The notes beneath the pieces were generated by a model that was not told the DNA's origin, did no database searches, and worked only from the letters and a program-made list of their open reading frames with translations. Shown piece after piece: positions 33,382-44,033 of a stretch of 64,000 bases of DNA (position 1 is its first letter; each line of letters starts with the position of its first letter). Origin of the DNA: an uncultured Granulosicoccaceae bacterium (GTDB taxonomy: Bacteria; Pseudomonadota; Gammaproteobacteria; CALCKW01); the NCBI GenBank assembly GCA_937925815.1, contig CALAMQ010000014.1, positions 2,169-66,168 of the forward strand, in the 5' to 3' direction. The position numbers and the translations under genes are program-made.

Positions 33382-34295
33382 ATTGTTTCACCGGCGCTCG
33401 GCCGGTGTGGATCACCTTGTATCGGTGCGATTTTCAGGCTTCGTCGAAGCAACCGTGTCATCGCGCCAGCGATGGCCTGATCGGCACCGGACGACACCAT
33501 GAGTGTTCGGTGTGCAAACGGTAGAGCTGGCAGCCGCTCGCTGGGCTCCAGGGCACGCAAGCCCGGACCCAGGTTGCTCTTTGGCAATATGCCTATGGCG
33601 AGATCGGCTCGGATCGCAGCCTTTAGACTGGTAAAACTGTTGCTGTTGAATACGATGCGGTAGGGGCTTCCCGCCTCATTCAGTGCCCGAGTTGCGATAT
33701 CTCGCCACCAGCATTCGCGCTCGAGCTGGGCTAGGTTGATTGGCCTGCCGTGTTCCGGTTGGTGGTGTTCTGCCGCCGCCCAGACAATCGCTTCACGCGA
33801 TAAGCCGTCACCAGGGGTATCGCTCGGGCCAGAACAGACGGCGACGTCTAGGCGGCGGTGTTCGATGAGCGATGGAAATCGAGCAGTGCAGCCAGAGGTG
33901 GTGTACACCTCCACACCGGGGTGTTCGCGGGCAAAGGCGGTGAGGACGGCTTCGAGCACCGTGTCATCGAAATCGTCTGGAATCCCCAGCCGCAAGTGGC
34001 CAGTCAGCGGTTTCTCGAATGTGGCCCTGATTTGAGTCAGTGCGTGCACCGCATTGTGCGCGAGCGGCAACAAGCGATGGCCCTGGCTGGTCAACTGCAT
34101 GCCCTGCGTCGAGCGTTGAAACAATTGAGTACCTAGATCTGACTCCAATTTGCGCAACTGCACGCTCATAGCCGATTGGGTCTTGTTCAGTTGTGCGGCG
34201 GCGCCGGTGAGCGACTGGCACTCGGCAATCGCAAGAAAGGCGCGCAAACTGTCCGCGTTGACCGGTCGGCGTTCGAAAATATTCATAGCCAACAT
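33378..34295 (-). CDS. LysR family transcriptional regulator
   Basis: N-terminal HTH ([35 protein letters not shown]) plus the substrate-binding domain. Divergent from the TauE/SafE gene. Confidence 0.85.
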   Translation of the reverse strand: MLAMNIFERRPVNADSLRAFLAIAECQSLTGAAAQLNKTQSAMSVQLRKLESDLGTQLFQRSTQGMQLTSQGHRLLPLAHNAVHALTQIRATFEKPLTGHLRLGIPDDFDDTVLEAVLTAFAREHPGVEVYTTSGCTARFPSLIEHRRLDVAVCSGPSDTPGDGLSREAIVWAAAEHHQPEHGRPINLAQLERECWWRDIATRALNEAGSPYRIVFNSNSFTSLKAAIRADLAIGILPKSNLGPGLRALEPSERLPALPFAHRTLMVSSGADQAIAGAMTRLLRRSLKIAPIQGDPHRPSAGETI

Positions 34296-34332
34296 GCAAC
34301 ATATTCGATATCGCTCATGATCCTAGCACCCT

Positions 34333-35133
34333 ATGCTGGCGTTAGATAAAGGGGGAGTCATGGACTGGATCAATGTCGGGTTTTTGGTGGCCGTGGGTTT
34401 GGTTGGCGGTGTGTGGAATGCGGTTGCCGGCGGCGCTACCTTGTTCACCTTTCCGGCGCTTGTCGCGGCGGGCTTGCCACCGGTGGTTGCGAACGCCACC
34501 AACTACTTGGCCTTGCTGCCGTCCAACGCGGCGGCACTGCCAGCGTACCGCGACGAGCTGCGCCGCATGGGCACTGAGCTGTTGCCACTGATCGCCGTGA
34601 CCACTCTGGGTGCGGCGGTGGGGTCGCTGTTGTTGCTGGTCTCAACCCCGACCGTGTTCCTAAACCTCGTGCCCGTGTTGATTTTGCTGGCGACGGCGTT
34701 GTTTGCGTTCGGAGACGCCATTCGATCATTGCTGCTTCGCACCCTTGGCTGCGATCGCGGAAACAAAGCGACATTCATGTTGCTGGCTCTGGCCTCAGTG
34801 TATGGCGGGTATTTCGGGGCGGGGCTTGGCATTATCTTGCTGGCGGTTGCGCAGATGCTCGGTTACACCGATTTTAATCGGGCGAACGCCTTGAAGAACC
34901 TGCTGGCGACAAGCTTCACGGTTGTCAGCATTGTGTTGTTCGGTGTTGGTGGGTTGATCGACTGGCCGACAGCCGCGTTGGTGATGCTGGGCAGTACTGT
35001 CGGCGGGTTCGCTGGAGCGAGGTTTGCCAAGCACGTCAACGAACAATATCTTCGCGTGGCCGTGATTGCGTTTGGTTTGGTGTTAGCTGCTGTTTTCGCC
35101 TGCCGTCAATACGCCGGTCCTTTTTGTGAATGA
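34333..35133 (+). CDS. TauE/SafE (DUF81) family sulfite or organosulfonate exporter-like membrane protein
   Basis: Polytopic membrane protein with internal repeat Gly-rich helices. The start may instead be MDWINVG at 34360, which has GGGGGAG upstream. Confidence 0.78.
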   Translation: MLALDKGGVMDWINVGFLVAVGLVGGVWNAVAGGATLFTFPALVAAGLPPVVANATNYLALLPSNAAALPAYRDELRRMGTELLPLIAVTTLGAAVGSLLLLVSTPTVFLNLVPVLILLATALFAFGDAIRSLLLRTLGCDRGNKATFMLLALASVYGGYFGAGLGIILLAVAQMLGYTDFNRANALKNLLATSFTVVSIVLFGVGGLIDWPTAALVMLGSTVGGFAGARFAKHVNEQYLRVAVIAFGLVLAAVFACRQYAGPFCE

Positions 35134-35166
35134 TGACCTTAGGTGGATACAGCTTTCACCACGGGG

Positions 35167-36027
35167 TCAGTGGGCCGGATTGTGTTCGATGATGTACTGT
35201 GCAAGCCTTGCTGCGAGCGGGTTGTCGGATTCGCTTCCCCGGTACAGGGCAATGGAGCAACTGGGCAGTGTGGGCAGTGCGCCGCGGTGGTCGATGATTT
35301 CGCGCTCGGTTGGCACTTGTTCTGATAACTCTGCACGCACACAGAGGTCGGCTTTTGCCATGGTGTCGATAGCGCGGTCGTCGGTCGAATTGACGATCGA
35401 CACCCAATCTGTGTTGGCGGCATCCAGTGCATTCAATGTGACTTGCCGAAACGCGCAATCTCTGCAGGACGCGAACGGCAGCGGACGCCGTTGCCAGGCT
35501 GTGCCGCCGTGCGTACCCGTCCAGACCAGTGGTTGCGTGTTGAGCACTGTGGCATCGGCGCGTGGGTTGAGCTCTGTTGTGAGAATCAGGTCCAGATCCC
35601 CGCGTTGATAACCTGCCAACAGTTCAACTGTGCTCTCTGTGCTGAGCCGGACTTGCACTCTGGGGTAGTCGCGCGTGAATTGGCTCAAGGCATTTGGTAC
35701 CCACGATTCGACAATGTCACTCGGGCACCCTAAGGCAACTGTGCCCTCATAGTCTGGTGCAGTCAGTCGACCCCAGGCCTCGTCATTGAGCGCGAGCATT
35801 TTGCGCGCATAGTGCACCAGTTGTTCACCGGCGGGCGTTGGTTTTAGCCCTTGTGGACTGCGGTCAAATACTGTGCAGTCCAGCGCCGATTCAAGGCGTT
35901 TGACCTGCATGCTGATTGCGCTTTGCGTGAGGTGCAGGCGGGCGGCGGCACGGGTCATGGTGCCGGCGTCAACAATCGCGACAACGCTTCGCAAACTGGC
36001 CAGATCGAGGTTACGGACGGTGGGCAT
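35167..36027 (-). CDS. LysR family transcriptional regulator
   Basis: HTH LRSVVAIVDAGTMTRAAARLHLTQSAISMQVKRLE. A second LysR gene flanking TauE. Confidence 0.85.
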   Translation of the reverse strand: MPTVRNLDLASLRSVVAIVDAGTMTRAAARLHLTQSAISMQVKRLESALDCTVFDRSPQGLKPTPAGEQLVHYARKMLALNDEAWGRLTAPDYEGTVALGCPSDIVESWVPNALSQFTRDYPRVQVRLSTESTVELLAGYQRGDLDLILTTELNPRADATVLNTQPLVWTGTHGGTAWQRRPLPFASCRDCAFRQVTLNALDAANTDWVSIVNSTDDRAIDTMAKADLCVRAELSEQVPTEREIIDHRGALPTLPSCSIALYRGSESDNPLAARLAQYIIEHNPAH

Positions 36028-36139
36028 AGGGTCGCCTATCAGAAAGAGTGAACTACTTGATCAAAAACTTTCGTTTCACTGATGTGTGTGTGGCCGCTAT
36101 TTTCATCATTCGTTATGTATTTGTCCAGAGAGTTAACAA

Positions 36140-36472
36140 ATGATGATACCAAGGAACACCACCGTTGATGGCATTCAGAAAGCCGTCCACGACTGTCTCT
36201 ACTCCACTACCCAGGGTCCTCGGTTGATGCTTCGATTGCGCTTTGCTGTTGGCTGGGTCGGTTTGGTGTGGCTGGTTGCAAAAGAACGTCGCCAACTGAC
36301 GCGGCTCAGTGCATCGCAGCGGCATGACTTGGGTGTGGACGGATTGCAGGTGACACGCGAGGCGGGTCGTTCGCTGTTTGATTTGCCAGCGCGACGCCTC
36401 GATGATCTCAAGCGCCGAGTGAGGCGGCAGCACTGCACGAGAGGGCGCTGGTCCACACGCGCCTGCCACTGA
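36140..36472 (+). CDS. DUF1127-like small protein
   Basis: Contains …RRQLTRLSASQRHDLGVDGLQVTREA…, resembling the DUF1127 signature LSDRELADIGLxRxDI. Divergent from a LysR gene, which is the usual context. The start may be internal (about 36227). The antisense ORF 36113-36493 translates to a low-complexity product. Confidence 0.4.
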   Translation: MMIPRNTTVDGIQKAVHDCLYSTTQGPRLMLRLRFAVGWVGLVWLVAKERRQLTRLSASQRHDLGVDGLQVTREAGRSLFDLPARRLDDLKRRVRRQHCTRGRWSTRACH

Positions 36473-36563
36473 TGCTATCGCGTTAGGTCTCAAGCCTTTT
36501 TCAGACTCATGGTGCGGGTGTCTCGGTGCTAAAGTGACGGCTTAATTCACTCGCCTGTAGACG

Positions 36564-36920
36564 ATGCCGCTTCCGACAGAAATACGGGTCCGCCAGACCA
36601 GCCGCGTGCTGGCGTTGACCTTTGATGATGGCTATTGCTGTGAGCTTGGTTTTGAATACCTGAGAATCAGCTCACCGTCAGCCGAAGTCAAAGGCCATGG
36701 GCCAGGTCAAGAAACGCTGGTGACGGGCAAGGAGCGGGTTCAGGTTATCGGCTGCGAACCGGTCGGAAATTACGCGGTCAAACTGGTGTTCGACGACGGT
36801 CATGATTCCGGTCTCTACACTTGGGATTACTTGTACGGTCTCGGACAAGAACAGTCCGACAATTGGGCACACTATCTCACTCGCCTGACAGAGGCGGGAC
36901 ATTCGCGAGCACCGATATGA
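36564..36920 (+). CDS. DUF971 family protein
   Basis: 118 aa. Its stop overlaps the ubiE start (ATGA), a common pairing. Confidence 0.75.
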   Translation: MPLPTEIRVRQTSRVLALTFDDGYCCELGFEYLRISSPSAEVKGHGPGQETLVTGKERVQVIGCEPVGNYAVKLVFDDGHDSGLYTWDYLYGLGQEQSDNWAHYLTRLTEAGHSRAPI

Positions 36921-37666
36921 ACGACCAGCACACGACCCACTTCGGTTATCAGGATGTGCCGGTTGACGAAAAGGTCGACCGCGTTGCGGGTGTATTCCAT
37001 TCAGTCGCCGCCAAATACGATGTCATGAACGATTTGATGTCGCTTGGTATACACCGCGTTTGGAAACAGTTCACTTTGCAACACAGTGGCGTCAGGCCGG
37101 GTCACACAGTGCTTGATATCGCCGGTGGCACCGGTGACATTGCGGCTGCCATGGCGCGTCGCGTTGGACGCGATGGCCTGGTGGTGTTGTCTGACATCAA
37201 CGACTCGATGCTCACTGTTGGCCGGGACAAATTACACAATCAGGGTATTGTCTCCAACCTGGAATTCGCGCAGGCCAACGCCGAAGCTCTGCCCTTTGAA
37301 GACAACAGTTTTGATTGCGTTACCATCGCATTTGGCTTGCGCAACGTCACAGACAAAGACCGCGCACTTGAGAGCATGCACCGCGTGTTAAAGCCCGGTG
37401 GTCGGGTGTTGGTTTTGGAATTCTCCAAGCCCACTGTGCCGGGTTTTGCTGCGCTGTACGATCAATACTCGTTCAATATCCTGCCCGCAATGGGAAAACT
37501 CGTGGCCGGTGACGCTGAGAGTTACCGCTATCTCGCCGAGAGCATTCGGATGCACCCCGATCAAGAAACCCTCGCGGCGATGATGCGTTCAGCTGGATTC
37601 GAACGGGTGGATTACCACAACCTTACCGCCGGTGTGGTCGCGCTGCACAAGGGTGTGAAGTTGTGA
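36917..37666 (+). CDS. ubiE: Ubiquinone/menaquinone C-methyltransferase UbiE
   Basis: Trimmed to [42 protein letters not shown], the UbiE N-terminus, with the SAM motif LDIAGGTGD. Confidence 0.93.
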   Translation: MNDQHTTHFGYQDVPVDEKVDRVAGVFHSVAAKYDVMNDLMSLGIHRVWKQFTLQHSGVRPGHTVLDIAGGTGDIAAAMARRVGRDGLVVLSDINDSMLTVGRDKLHNQGIVSNLEFAQANAEALPFEDNSFDCVTIAFGLRNVTDKDRALESMHRVLKPGGRVLVLEFSKPTVPGFAALYDQYSFNILPAMGKLVAGDAESYRYLAESIRMHPDQETLAAMMRSAGFERVDYHNLTAGVVALHKGVKL

Positions 37667-37673
37667 CCGCCTG

Positions 37674-38273
37674 ATGGAGATGCCGCTCGCGGTGGTCACC
37701 GCGCTGAACGCCACATTGCAGAGACTTTTCGCCGCCAACGAGGAAGCGCGAGACCAATTGCAGCGACACACTGGCGGTGTGATCACCGTCACGTTGCGTG
37801 AACCGGGGATCACGTTGCATGTGATGGTGCTCGAACACTCACTCGAATGCCTCACTGTGTGGGATGACGAGCCGGATGCCACGGTGCAAACCGATGTCGC
37901 GGGACTTATGGCATTGTCTCGCGGCACCGATGCATTGTTGTCCGGCGATGTTCGCGTGCGCGGGGACTTGAGATTGGTCGAGGGTGTGCACCGCGCTGTG
38001 GCACTGCTTGCAGCTGACTGGGAAGATCAGCTGGCGCCAATTGTCGGTGACACCCTAGCGCACAAATTGGCAACCGGGGTGCGACGCGTGGCATCGGGAG
38101 CCAAGCGCAATCGGGCACGAGACATAGAAGACACCGTGAATTATTTGCAAGATGAGGCCAAGTTGTTGGCCACGCGCGCTGATTGGCGTCATCTGACAGA
38201 CACATCAGACGAATTACGACAGTGCGTGGATCGGCTGTCCGCGCGCCTCGATCTACTGGCGCGGAGCAAGTAG
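37674..38273 (+). CDS. ubiJ: Ubiquinone biosynthesis accessory factor UbiJ (SCP2 domain)
   Basis: 199 aa, between ubiE and ubiB as in E. coli (yigP). Confidence 0.75.
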   Translation: MEMPLAVVTALNATLQRLFAANEEARDQLQRHTGGVITVTLREPGITLHVMVLEHSLECLTVWDDEPDATVQTDVAGLMALSRGTDALLSGDVRVRGDLRLVEGVHRAVALLAADWEDQLAPIVGDTLAHKLATGVRRVASGAKRNRARDIEDTVNYLQDEAKLLATRADWRHLTDTSDELRQCVDRLSARLDLLARSK

Positions 38274-38276
38274 GCC

Positions 38277-39932
38277 ATGGCATTTGGGGATATTCGCAGG
38301 CTGTGGACCATTCAGCGCGTGATGGTGCGTTACGGACTGGATGAGTTCTTGTTTGCGCACCCACTCGCGCGGCCGCTGCGCTGGCTGATGTTGGTGTGGC
38401 CGGATCGTTGGCTCAACCGAGACACGCGGGCATTGCCTCGTGCAGAACGCATCCACCACGCGCTTGAAGACCTCGGTCCGATTTTCGTGAAATTCGGTCA
38501 GACGCTGTCGACGCGGCGAGATCTCTTGCCAGACGACATTGCAGATGCACTGTCCAAACTACAAGATCAAGTGTTGCCTTTTGACTCCGCCATTGCACGC
38601 GAGGAAATTGAACGCGGGCTGGGCACATCTATTGAAGAAGCATTTGCGCATTTTGAAGACCAGCCGCTCGCGTCAGCGTCTATCGCGCAAGTGCACGCAG
38701 CCACTTTGCACGATGGCAGTTCGGTTGTAGTCAAAGTACTGCGGCCAAACATGCGTGAAGTGATTAAACGCGATCTCGGCTTGATGTACCGCATTGCGCA
38801 CCTAGCGGAACGCTACTGGTCAGAAGGCCCGCGGCTGAGACCCGTTGAGGTGGTGGCAGAGTATGAGAAAACCACGCTTGACGAACTCGACCTGGTTCGT
38901 GAGGCGGCCAATGGAGCCCAGCTTCGTCGCAATTTCCAAGACTCCACACAGCTATATGTGCCGGAGATGTATTTCGACTATTGCCGTGAAAATGTTTTGG
39001 TAATTGAGCGTATTGACGGCGTACAGATTTCCAACATCGCTGAGTTGCAGCGGCGCGGTGTCAATTTTGAAGCGCTGGCAGAGCACGGGGTCGATGTCTT
39101 TTTCCGGCAAGTTTTTAGAGACAATTTTTTCCACGCTGACATGCACCCCGGCAATGTGTTCGTTGACACCGCCGTGCCCTCTGACCCCCGTTATATCGCG
39201 GTCGATTTTGGCATTGTTGGGTCATTGACGCTGGAGGACCGGCGTTACCTTGCTGAGAATTTGGTCGCTTTTTTCCACCGCGACTACGACCGCGTGGCAG
39301 AGCTTCATGTGCAGTCTGGCTGGGTGCCTGAGCACACGCGCATTGAAGATTTTGCATCGGCTATTCGCACCGTGTGTGAACCCATTTTCGAAAAACCGCT
39401 GGCTGAGATTTCCTTTGGTTTAGTGCTGCTGCGGCTTTTCCAGACAGCGCGCCGCTTTGAAATGCAAGTGCAGCCCCAGTTGATTCTGTTGCAAAAGACG
39501 CTGCTTCATATTGAGGGTTTGGGGCGTCAGCTCTACCCAGAATTGGATTTGTGGAAGACCGCTAAACCCTATCTCGAGCGCTGGCTCAGCGAGCAAGTAG
39601 GTCCGCGCGCCATCGCCAAGCGGTTGCGTGCTGAACTCCCACGTTACGGTGAAGTCCTGCCGGAGCTACCTGGATTGCTGCACAGCGTCTTGAAAGACGT
39701 GCAGGCGGATCGCCGTCGCGCCGCAGAGCAAGTGCTTGCCATCGAAAAATTGCAGAACACGATTCGATCTGGCCAGCGCTCGCAGCGATTTGCATTGGTC
39801 GGTGTGGGTGCTGTGGTTGCGAGTGTATTGCTCGCAGGAAACGGTGATGGTGTCGCGCTGCCGATAGCAACATGGTTGCTCGGTGGCTTCGGTGCGTTGT
39901 GCCTGGTGCGGGCGGTGTTTGATCGTCAGTAG
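38277..39932 (+). CDS. ubiB: Ubiquinone biosynthesis regulatory protein kinase UbiB
   Basis: 551 aa, ABC1/UbiB atypical kinase with two C-terminal TM segments. Confidence 0.93.
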   Translation: MAFGDIRRLWTIQRVMVRYGLDEFLFAHPLARPLRWLMLVWPDRWLNRDTRALPRAERIHHALEDLGPIFVKFGQTLSTRRDLLPDDIADALSKLQDQVLPFDSAIAREEIERGLGTSIEEAFAHFEDQPLASASIAQVHAATLHDGSSVVVKVLRPNMREVIKRDLGLMYRIAHLAERYWSEGPRLRPVEVVAEYEKTTLDELDLVREAANGAQLRRNFQDSTQLYVPEMYFDYCRENVLVIERIDGVQISNIAELQRRGVNFEALAEHGVDVFFRQVFRDNFFHADMHPGNVFVDTAVPSDPRYIAVDFGIVGSLTLEDRRYLAENLVAFFHRDYDRVAELHVQSGWVPEHTRIEDFASAIRTVCEPIFEKPLAEISFGLVLLRLFQTARRFEMQVQPQLILLQKTLLHIEGLGRQLYPELDLWKTAKPYLERWLSEQVGPRAIAKRLRAELPRYGEVLPELPGLLHSVLKDVQADRRRAAEQVLAIEKLQNTIRSGQRSQRFALVGVGAVVASVLLAGNGDGVALPIATWLLGGFGALCLVRAVFDRQ

Positions 39933-39970
39933 TGCGTGTGGATAGCACTCAGTCCGTACTTAATGTTGTA

Positions 39971-40690
39971 TCAGGCGATCACCAGCGATGGCCGGGTCGG
40001 CTGATTCGTGGCGTGCATTGAGATAGCCCCATCATCTCGCGTTGTTGGCAGGCCTGTTTCAGCAGCGATAGCATGCGGCAGTCGGTAGGCGTGGCGGCCA
40101 AACAATGACAATTCGACTGAAATACCGCACCGCTTGAAGCCAAGTTTCTCAGCGCAGTGTTGGAACGCCAGATTGAGAATGTCAGTGGTTGCGACAACCG
40201 ATGTGGCTTCACCGTCGCAGAGTGTAGACATGGCAAAACGGATCACAGCACTGTTGAGTCCACGGCCCCTGTGTTGTGGCAATGTAAAGGCTTTGAACAA
40301 ATAGAGCGTTCCGGGCGGCAGCGCAATGCCGATACCGTTAAATTTTGAGCCGGCTCGGTTGTGATGTGGCACCACTGAATGCTCAGCAAAGAAAGCGATA
40401 CTGGCTATCTGCCCGTCTGCTATCGCGGCAACGGCTTTGTAGCCGTGCTGAAGGCAGTCAGCCACCGTACTGTGTTCGACTTCGAGCTTTTCGCGGTCGG
40501 TGAGCGTCTGCATGTCTGCTGCTGTGAGCAGTTTGTATGTCACACCTGGCGGGTGCGTTACAGGACCGACATCGACGCGGTGTGCCCAAAGTAGGTACGA
40601 GATGTCCAGCGGAAAGGCCCGCCGGCTGGCCCGATAAAGTGCATGGCCCACTCTGGGAACTGACATGACATCGCCTCTTGCGGTTGGCAT
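39971..40690 (-). CDS. GNAT family N-acetyltransferase
   Basis: Acetyl-CoA-binding motif LPQHRGRGLNSAVIRFA (Q/RxxGxG/A). Confidence 0.7.
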   Translation of the reverse strand: MPTARGDVMSVPRVGHALYRASRRAFPLDISYLLWAHRVDVGPVTHPPGVTYKLLTAADMQTLTDREKLEVEHSTVADCLQHGYKAVAAIADGQIASIAFFAEHSVVPHHNRAGSKFNGIGIALPPGTLYLFKAFTLPQHRGRGLNSAVIRFAMSTLCDGEATSVVATTDILNLAFQHCAEKLGFKRCGISVELSLFGRHAYRLPHAIAAETGLPTTRDDGAISMHATNQPTRPSLVIA

Positions 40691-40730
40691 TGAATCTAAT
40701 GGCCAACCTCAGCAGTGTGGCTGGCGACGA

Positions 40731-41015
40731 CTACAGCTCATACCGACGTGCGATCGAATCGATATGTTGGGCCATCTGGAGATCGCGGTCCGTGAGGCCG
40801 TTCACATCATGGCTGGTTAATTTTATGGAAACGCGGTTGTAACGGTTTGACCAATCGGGATGGCGCGCGCGCGCTTCTGCGGCAACCGCAATTTCCGCCA
40901 TGAAGGCAAAAGCCTCTTTGAAATTGGAAAATGTGAAATGGCGTTCGATGTAACCGCCAGCCAATGTGTCGCCGGTGCGTGCCCAATGGGTCAGATCATC
41001 AAAATCGTGTTGCAT
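40731..41015 (-). CDS. phhB: Pterin-4a-carbinolamine dehydratase
   Basis: Trimmed to MQHDFDDLTHW…GGYIERHFTFSNFKEAFAFMAEIAVAAEARARHPDWSNRYNRVSIKLTSHDVNGLTDRDLQMAQHID, 95 aa. The upstream 120 codons of the track ORF are not protein-like. Confidence 0.8.
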   Translation of the reverse strand: MQHDFDDLTHWARTGDTLAGGYIERHFTFSNFKEAFAFMAEIAVAAEARARHPDWSNRYNRVSIKLTSHDVNGLTDRDLQMAQHIDSIARRYEL

Positions 41016-41109
41016 ACCTTTTCCGCGTGTTTGGGTCGAATACCAGTGTGGTCTCGGCGGCGGAAAAACGCCACGAGGGCCTGTTGCGCTGCTCTGGTAG
41101 ACTCGCGAT

Positions 41110-43266
41110 ATGGACGTGACATACCTTCTCGATTCCCTCAACTCGGCGCAACGCGAGGCGGTGTCAGCCGCGCCGGGAAACCTCTTGATTCTCGCCGGTG
41201 CTGGCAGCGGTAAGACCCGCGTGCTCACGCACCGAATTGCGTGGCTGAACGCGGTTGAGAACATTTCCCCTTTCGGCGTTCTCGCAGTCACTTTCACCAA
41301 CAAGGCGGCGAGTGAGATGCGTGGCCGCCTCGAGCACATGCTCGACCGCCCGCTCGGTCCGATGTGGGTTGGCACCTTTCACGGCTTGTCACACCGGATG
41401 TTGCGTGCGCACTGGCAGGAAGCGAAATTGCCACAGGCGTTTCAGATTCTCGATGCCGATGATCAGCTTCGGTTGGTCAAGCGCCTTGTCCGGGGATTGA
41501 ATCTCGATGAATCGGTTTACCCACCGCGCCAAGTGGTGTGGTTCATCAACGCGCGAAAAGACGAGGGCGTGCGCTCGGCACACCTTGATACCCCGCGCGA
41601 CGACGTACAAGTGCAGTATCAGCGCATCTACACCGCTTATGAAGCCGCGTGTGAGCGCGCCGGCGTGGTTGATTTTGCCGAGCTTCTGCTGCGCTCGCTT
41701 GAGCTGTTGCGAGACAACGCCCCCGTTCGCAATCACTACCAACGCCGATTCAGCCACCTTCTGGTGGACGAGTTCCAAGACACCAATGAAATTCAGTACG
41801 CGTGGCTGCGCACCTTGGCTGGGCCGCAGTGCAGTGTGTTTGCGGTGGGCGACGACGACCAATCCATCTACGGTTGGCGTGGCGCGCGTGTGGAAAACAT
41901 GCACAACTTCCGCGAGGATTTTGCCAACGTAGAGGTGGTGCGCCTCGAGCAAAATTACCGTTCGACAGGCACCATCTTGCAAGCGGCCAACGCACTGATT
42001 GACCACAACAGCGGTCGCCTTGGCAAAAACCTCTGGACCGACGCCGGCGACGGCGAGCCCATCAGTTTTTACACCGCCTTTGATGAGCGCGACGAAGCGC
42101 GCTTTGTGGTCGAGCGCGTGCAGCATTGGGTTGAGCAAGGTGGCAGACGCGACGAGTGCGCGGTGTTGTACCGCTCCAATGCGCAGTCCCGTGTGCTCGA
42201 AGAAGCGATGATCGCAGCGAGTGTGCCCTACCGTGTCTACGGCGGGATGCGCTTCTTCGAGCGTGCGGAGATCAAGGACGCAATCGCCTACCTTCGCCTC
42301 GTGTGCAACCGCGATGACGACGTCTCTTTTGAACGGGTGGTGAATCAGCCCACGCGCGGTATCGGTGACCGCAGCGTTGCGCAATTACGCGAGGTGGCAC
42401 GAGAGCGTGGCGTGAGCCTGTGGCAGGCCGTGCCGCTTGTCAGCGGCCGCGCTGGCGTTGCGTTGAACAAGTTCGTCTCACTGGTCGAGCAGCTCAGCGC
42501 TTCGTGCGGCGACCAACCGCTGGCGGATCAAATAGAAAGCGTGGTTGACGCATCCGGGTTGCTTGCGCACTACCAAAAAGACCAAAGCGAGAAGGGCCTG
42601 GCTCGGGTTGAAAACTTGGAAGAACTGGTCGGTGCGGCGCGGGTCTTCAGCCCAGACAGCGACGCCATTGAAGCCTTGTCCCCGCTCGAGATGTTCCTCG
42701 CGCAAGCCGCGCTCGATGCCGGCGATGCGCAAGGCGAATCGTGGGAGGACTGCGCTCAGCTCATGACCTTGCACTCGGCCAAAGGCCTCGAGTTTCCACT
42801 GGTGTTTATGGTCGGGATGGAAGAGGGGCTCTTTCCCCATCAGCGTACCCTGGAAGACCCGTCGCAACTCGAGGAGGAGCGCCGCATTGCCTACGTCGGT
42901 ATCACGCGGGCGCGCCAGAAACTCTATATGTGCCAAGCGGAAAACCGCCGCCTGCACGGTCGCGAGCTCTTCACAGTGTGCTCTCGATTTGTCGGAGAAT
43001 TGCCCACCGAGTTGGTCGACGAAATCCGCCCGCAGGTGCAACTGTCGCGGCCGGTATACCAACACCCCGAACGCGCAACCCCGTCCTTTTTGCAAGAACA
43101 AACGCCGTACACCATCGGCCAGCGGGTTCATCACAACACCTTTGGTGAAGGCGTGGTCACCGATTGCGAAGGTCAGGGCAAAAACCTTCGGATGCAGGTT
43201 AACTTTGAGTCTGAAGGGCAGAAGTGGCTGGTGCTCGCCTATGCCAATTTAAGTCCACTGAGCTGA
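41110..43266 (+). CDS. uvrD: DNA helicase II UvrD
   Basis: 718 aa with Walker A AGAGSGKTRVLTHRIAWL and UvrD/Rep helicase motifs throughout. Confidence 0.95.
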   Translation: MDVTYLLDSLNSAQREAVSAAPGNLLILAGAGSGKTRVLTHRIAWLNAVENISPFGVLAVTFTNKAASEMRGRLEHMLDRPLGPMWVGTFHGLSHRMLRAHWQEAKLPQAFQILDADDQLRLVKRLVRGLNLDESVYPPRQVVWFINARKDEGVRSAHLDTPRDDVQVQYQRIYTAYEAACERAGVVDFAELLLRSLELLRDNAPVRNHYQRRFSHLLVDEFQDTNEIQYAWLRTLAGPQCSVFAVGDDDQSIYGWRGARVENMHNFREDFANVEVVRLEQNYRSTGTILQAANALIDHNSGRLGKNLWTDAGDGEPISFYTAFDERDEARFVVERVQHWVEQGGRRDECAVLYRSNAQSRVLEEAMIAASVPYRVYGGMRFFERAEIKDAIAYLRLVCNRDDDVSFERVVNQPTRGIGDRSVAQLREVARERGVSLWQAVPLVSGRAGVALNKFVSLVEQLSASCGDQPLADQIESVVDASGLLAHYQKDQSEKGLARVENLEELVGAARVFSPDSDAIEALSPLEMFLAQAALDAGDAQGESWEDCAQLMTLHSAKGLEFPLVFMVGMEEGLFPHQRTLEDPSQLEEERRIAYVGITRARQKLYMCQAENRRLHGRELFTVCSRFVGELPTELVDEIRPQVQLSRPVYQHPERATPSFLQEQTPYTIGQRVHHNTFGEGVVTDCEGQGKNLRMQVNFESEGQKWLVLAYANLSPLS

Positions 43267-43283
43267 CAACTGTAGGAGCTGCC

Positions 43284-44033
43284 ATGACGCCTCAACACAT
43301 TCTGGTCACTGGCGGTGGTCGTGGCATTGGCGCGGCGGTTGTGCGGCTGTTGGTGCAGCAAGGCCACCGTGTTTGCCTGAACTACCGCTCGGATCAACGT
43401 GCTGCCAGCGCGCTTGTCACGGAATTGAGCGAGGCAGGCGGGGATGTCTTCGCGGTGCAGGCGGACGTTGCGCAAGAGGCGGATGTGTTGCGCCTATATG
43501 AAGCCGTAGACGCCCGTTGGGCCAGGCTCGATGGCTTGGTCAATAACGCTGGCATCTTGCGCGCGCAGTCGAAGTTGGTCGATATGGACGCCGCACGCAT
43601 CACAGAGGTGCTCGCAACCAACGTCACTGGCACTTTGTTGTGCGCGCGTGAAGCGGTGTTGCGCCTGTCGACATCGCGCGGTGGCCACGGGGGTGGCATT
43701 GTGAATATCTCATCTGCCGCTGCACGCCTTGGTTCTGCAAACGAGTACATCGATTACGCTGCGAGCAAGGGGGCTGTGGACACCCTGACCATTGGGCTCG
43801 CGGCGGAAGTGGCGTCAGAGGGGATACGCGTCAACGCGGTCAGACCGGGTGTGATTTATACCGACATCCACGCCTCTGGCGGCGAGCCGGGTCGGGTGGA
43901 GCGGGTGAAGTCGGCGGTGCCGATGCAACGCGGAGGTACGGCTGAGGAAGTGGCCAATGCGGTGGCATGGCTGTTGTCTGATGCCGCGTCCTACACCACC
44001 GGCAGCTTTATCGATGTCTCAGGTGGCCGCTGA
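43284..44033 (+). CDS. SDR family oxidoreductase
   Basis: Trimmed to MTPQHILVTGGGRGIGAAV, with AGGAG 6 nt upstream, and an NNAG…YxxxK catalytic region. Confidence 0.85.
   Translation: MTPQHILVTGGGRGIGAAVVRLLVQQGHRVCLNYRSDQRAASALVTELSEAGGDVFAVQADVAQEADVLRLYEAVDARWARLDGLVNNAGILRAQSKLVDMDAARITEVLATNVTGTLLCAREAVLRLSTSRGGHGGGIVNISSAAARLGSANEYIDYAASKGAVDTLTIGLAAEVASEGIRVNAVRPGVIYTDIHASGGEPGRVERVKSAVPMQRGGTAEEVANAVAWLLSDAASYTTGSFIDVSGGR

Noticed and set aside
33389-33407. Hairpin CACCGGC-gctcg-GCCGGTG after the hslU stop as an intrinsic terminator
   Set aside because: It lies inside the 3' end of the convergent LysR coding sequence and has no U-tract, so terminator function cannot be supported from sequence alone.
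41016-41109. LexA (SOS) box upstream of uvrD
   Set aside because: No CTGT-N8-ACAG or other clear palindrome is present in the 94-bp spacer.
41389-42384. 331-aa minus-strand ORF
   Set aside because: It lies antisense within uvrD, and the product is Ala/Arg/Val/Gly-rich, which is typical of spurious high-GC ORFs. Similar long antisense ORFs occur at 54540-55838 (inside the MFS gene), 63017-63964 (inside cysI), 9228-9692 (inside dnaN) and 19839-20318 (inside hemX).
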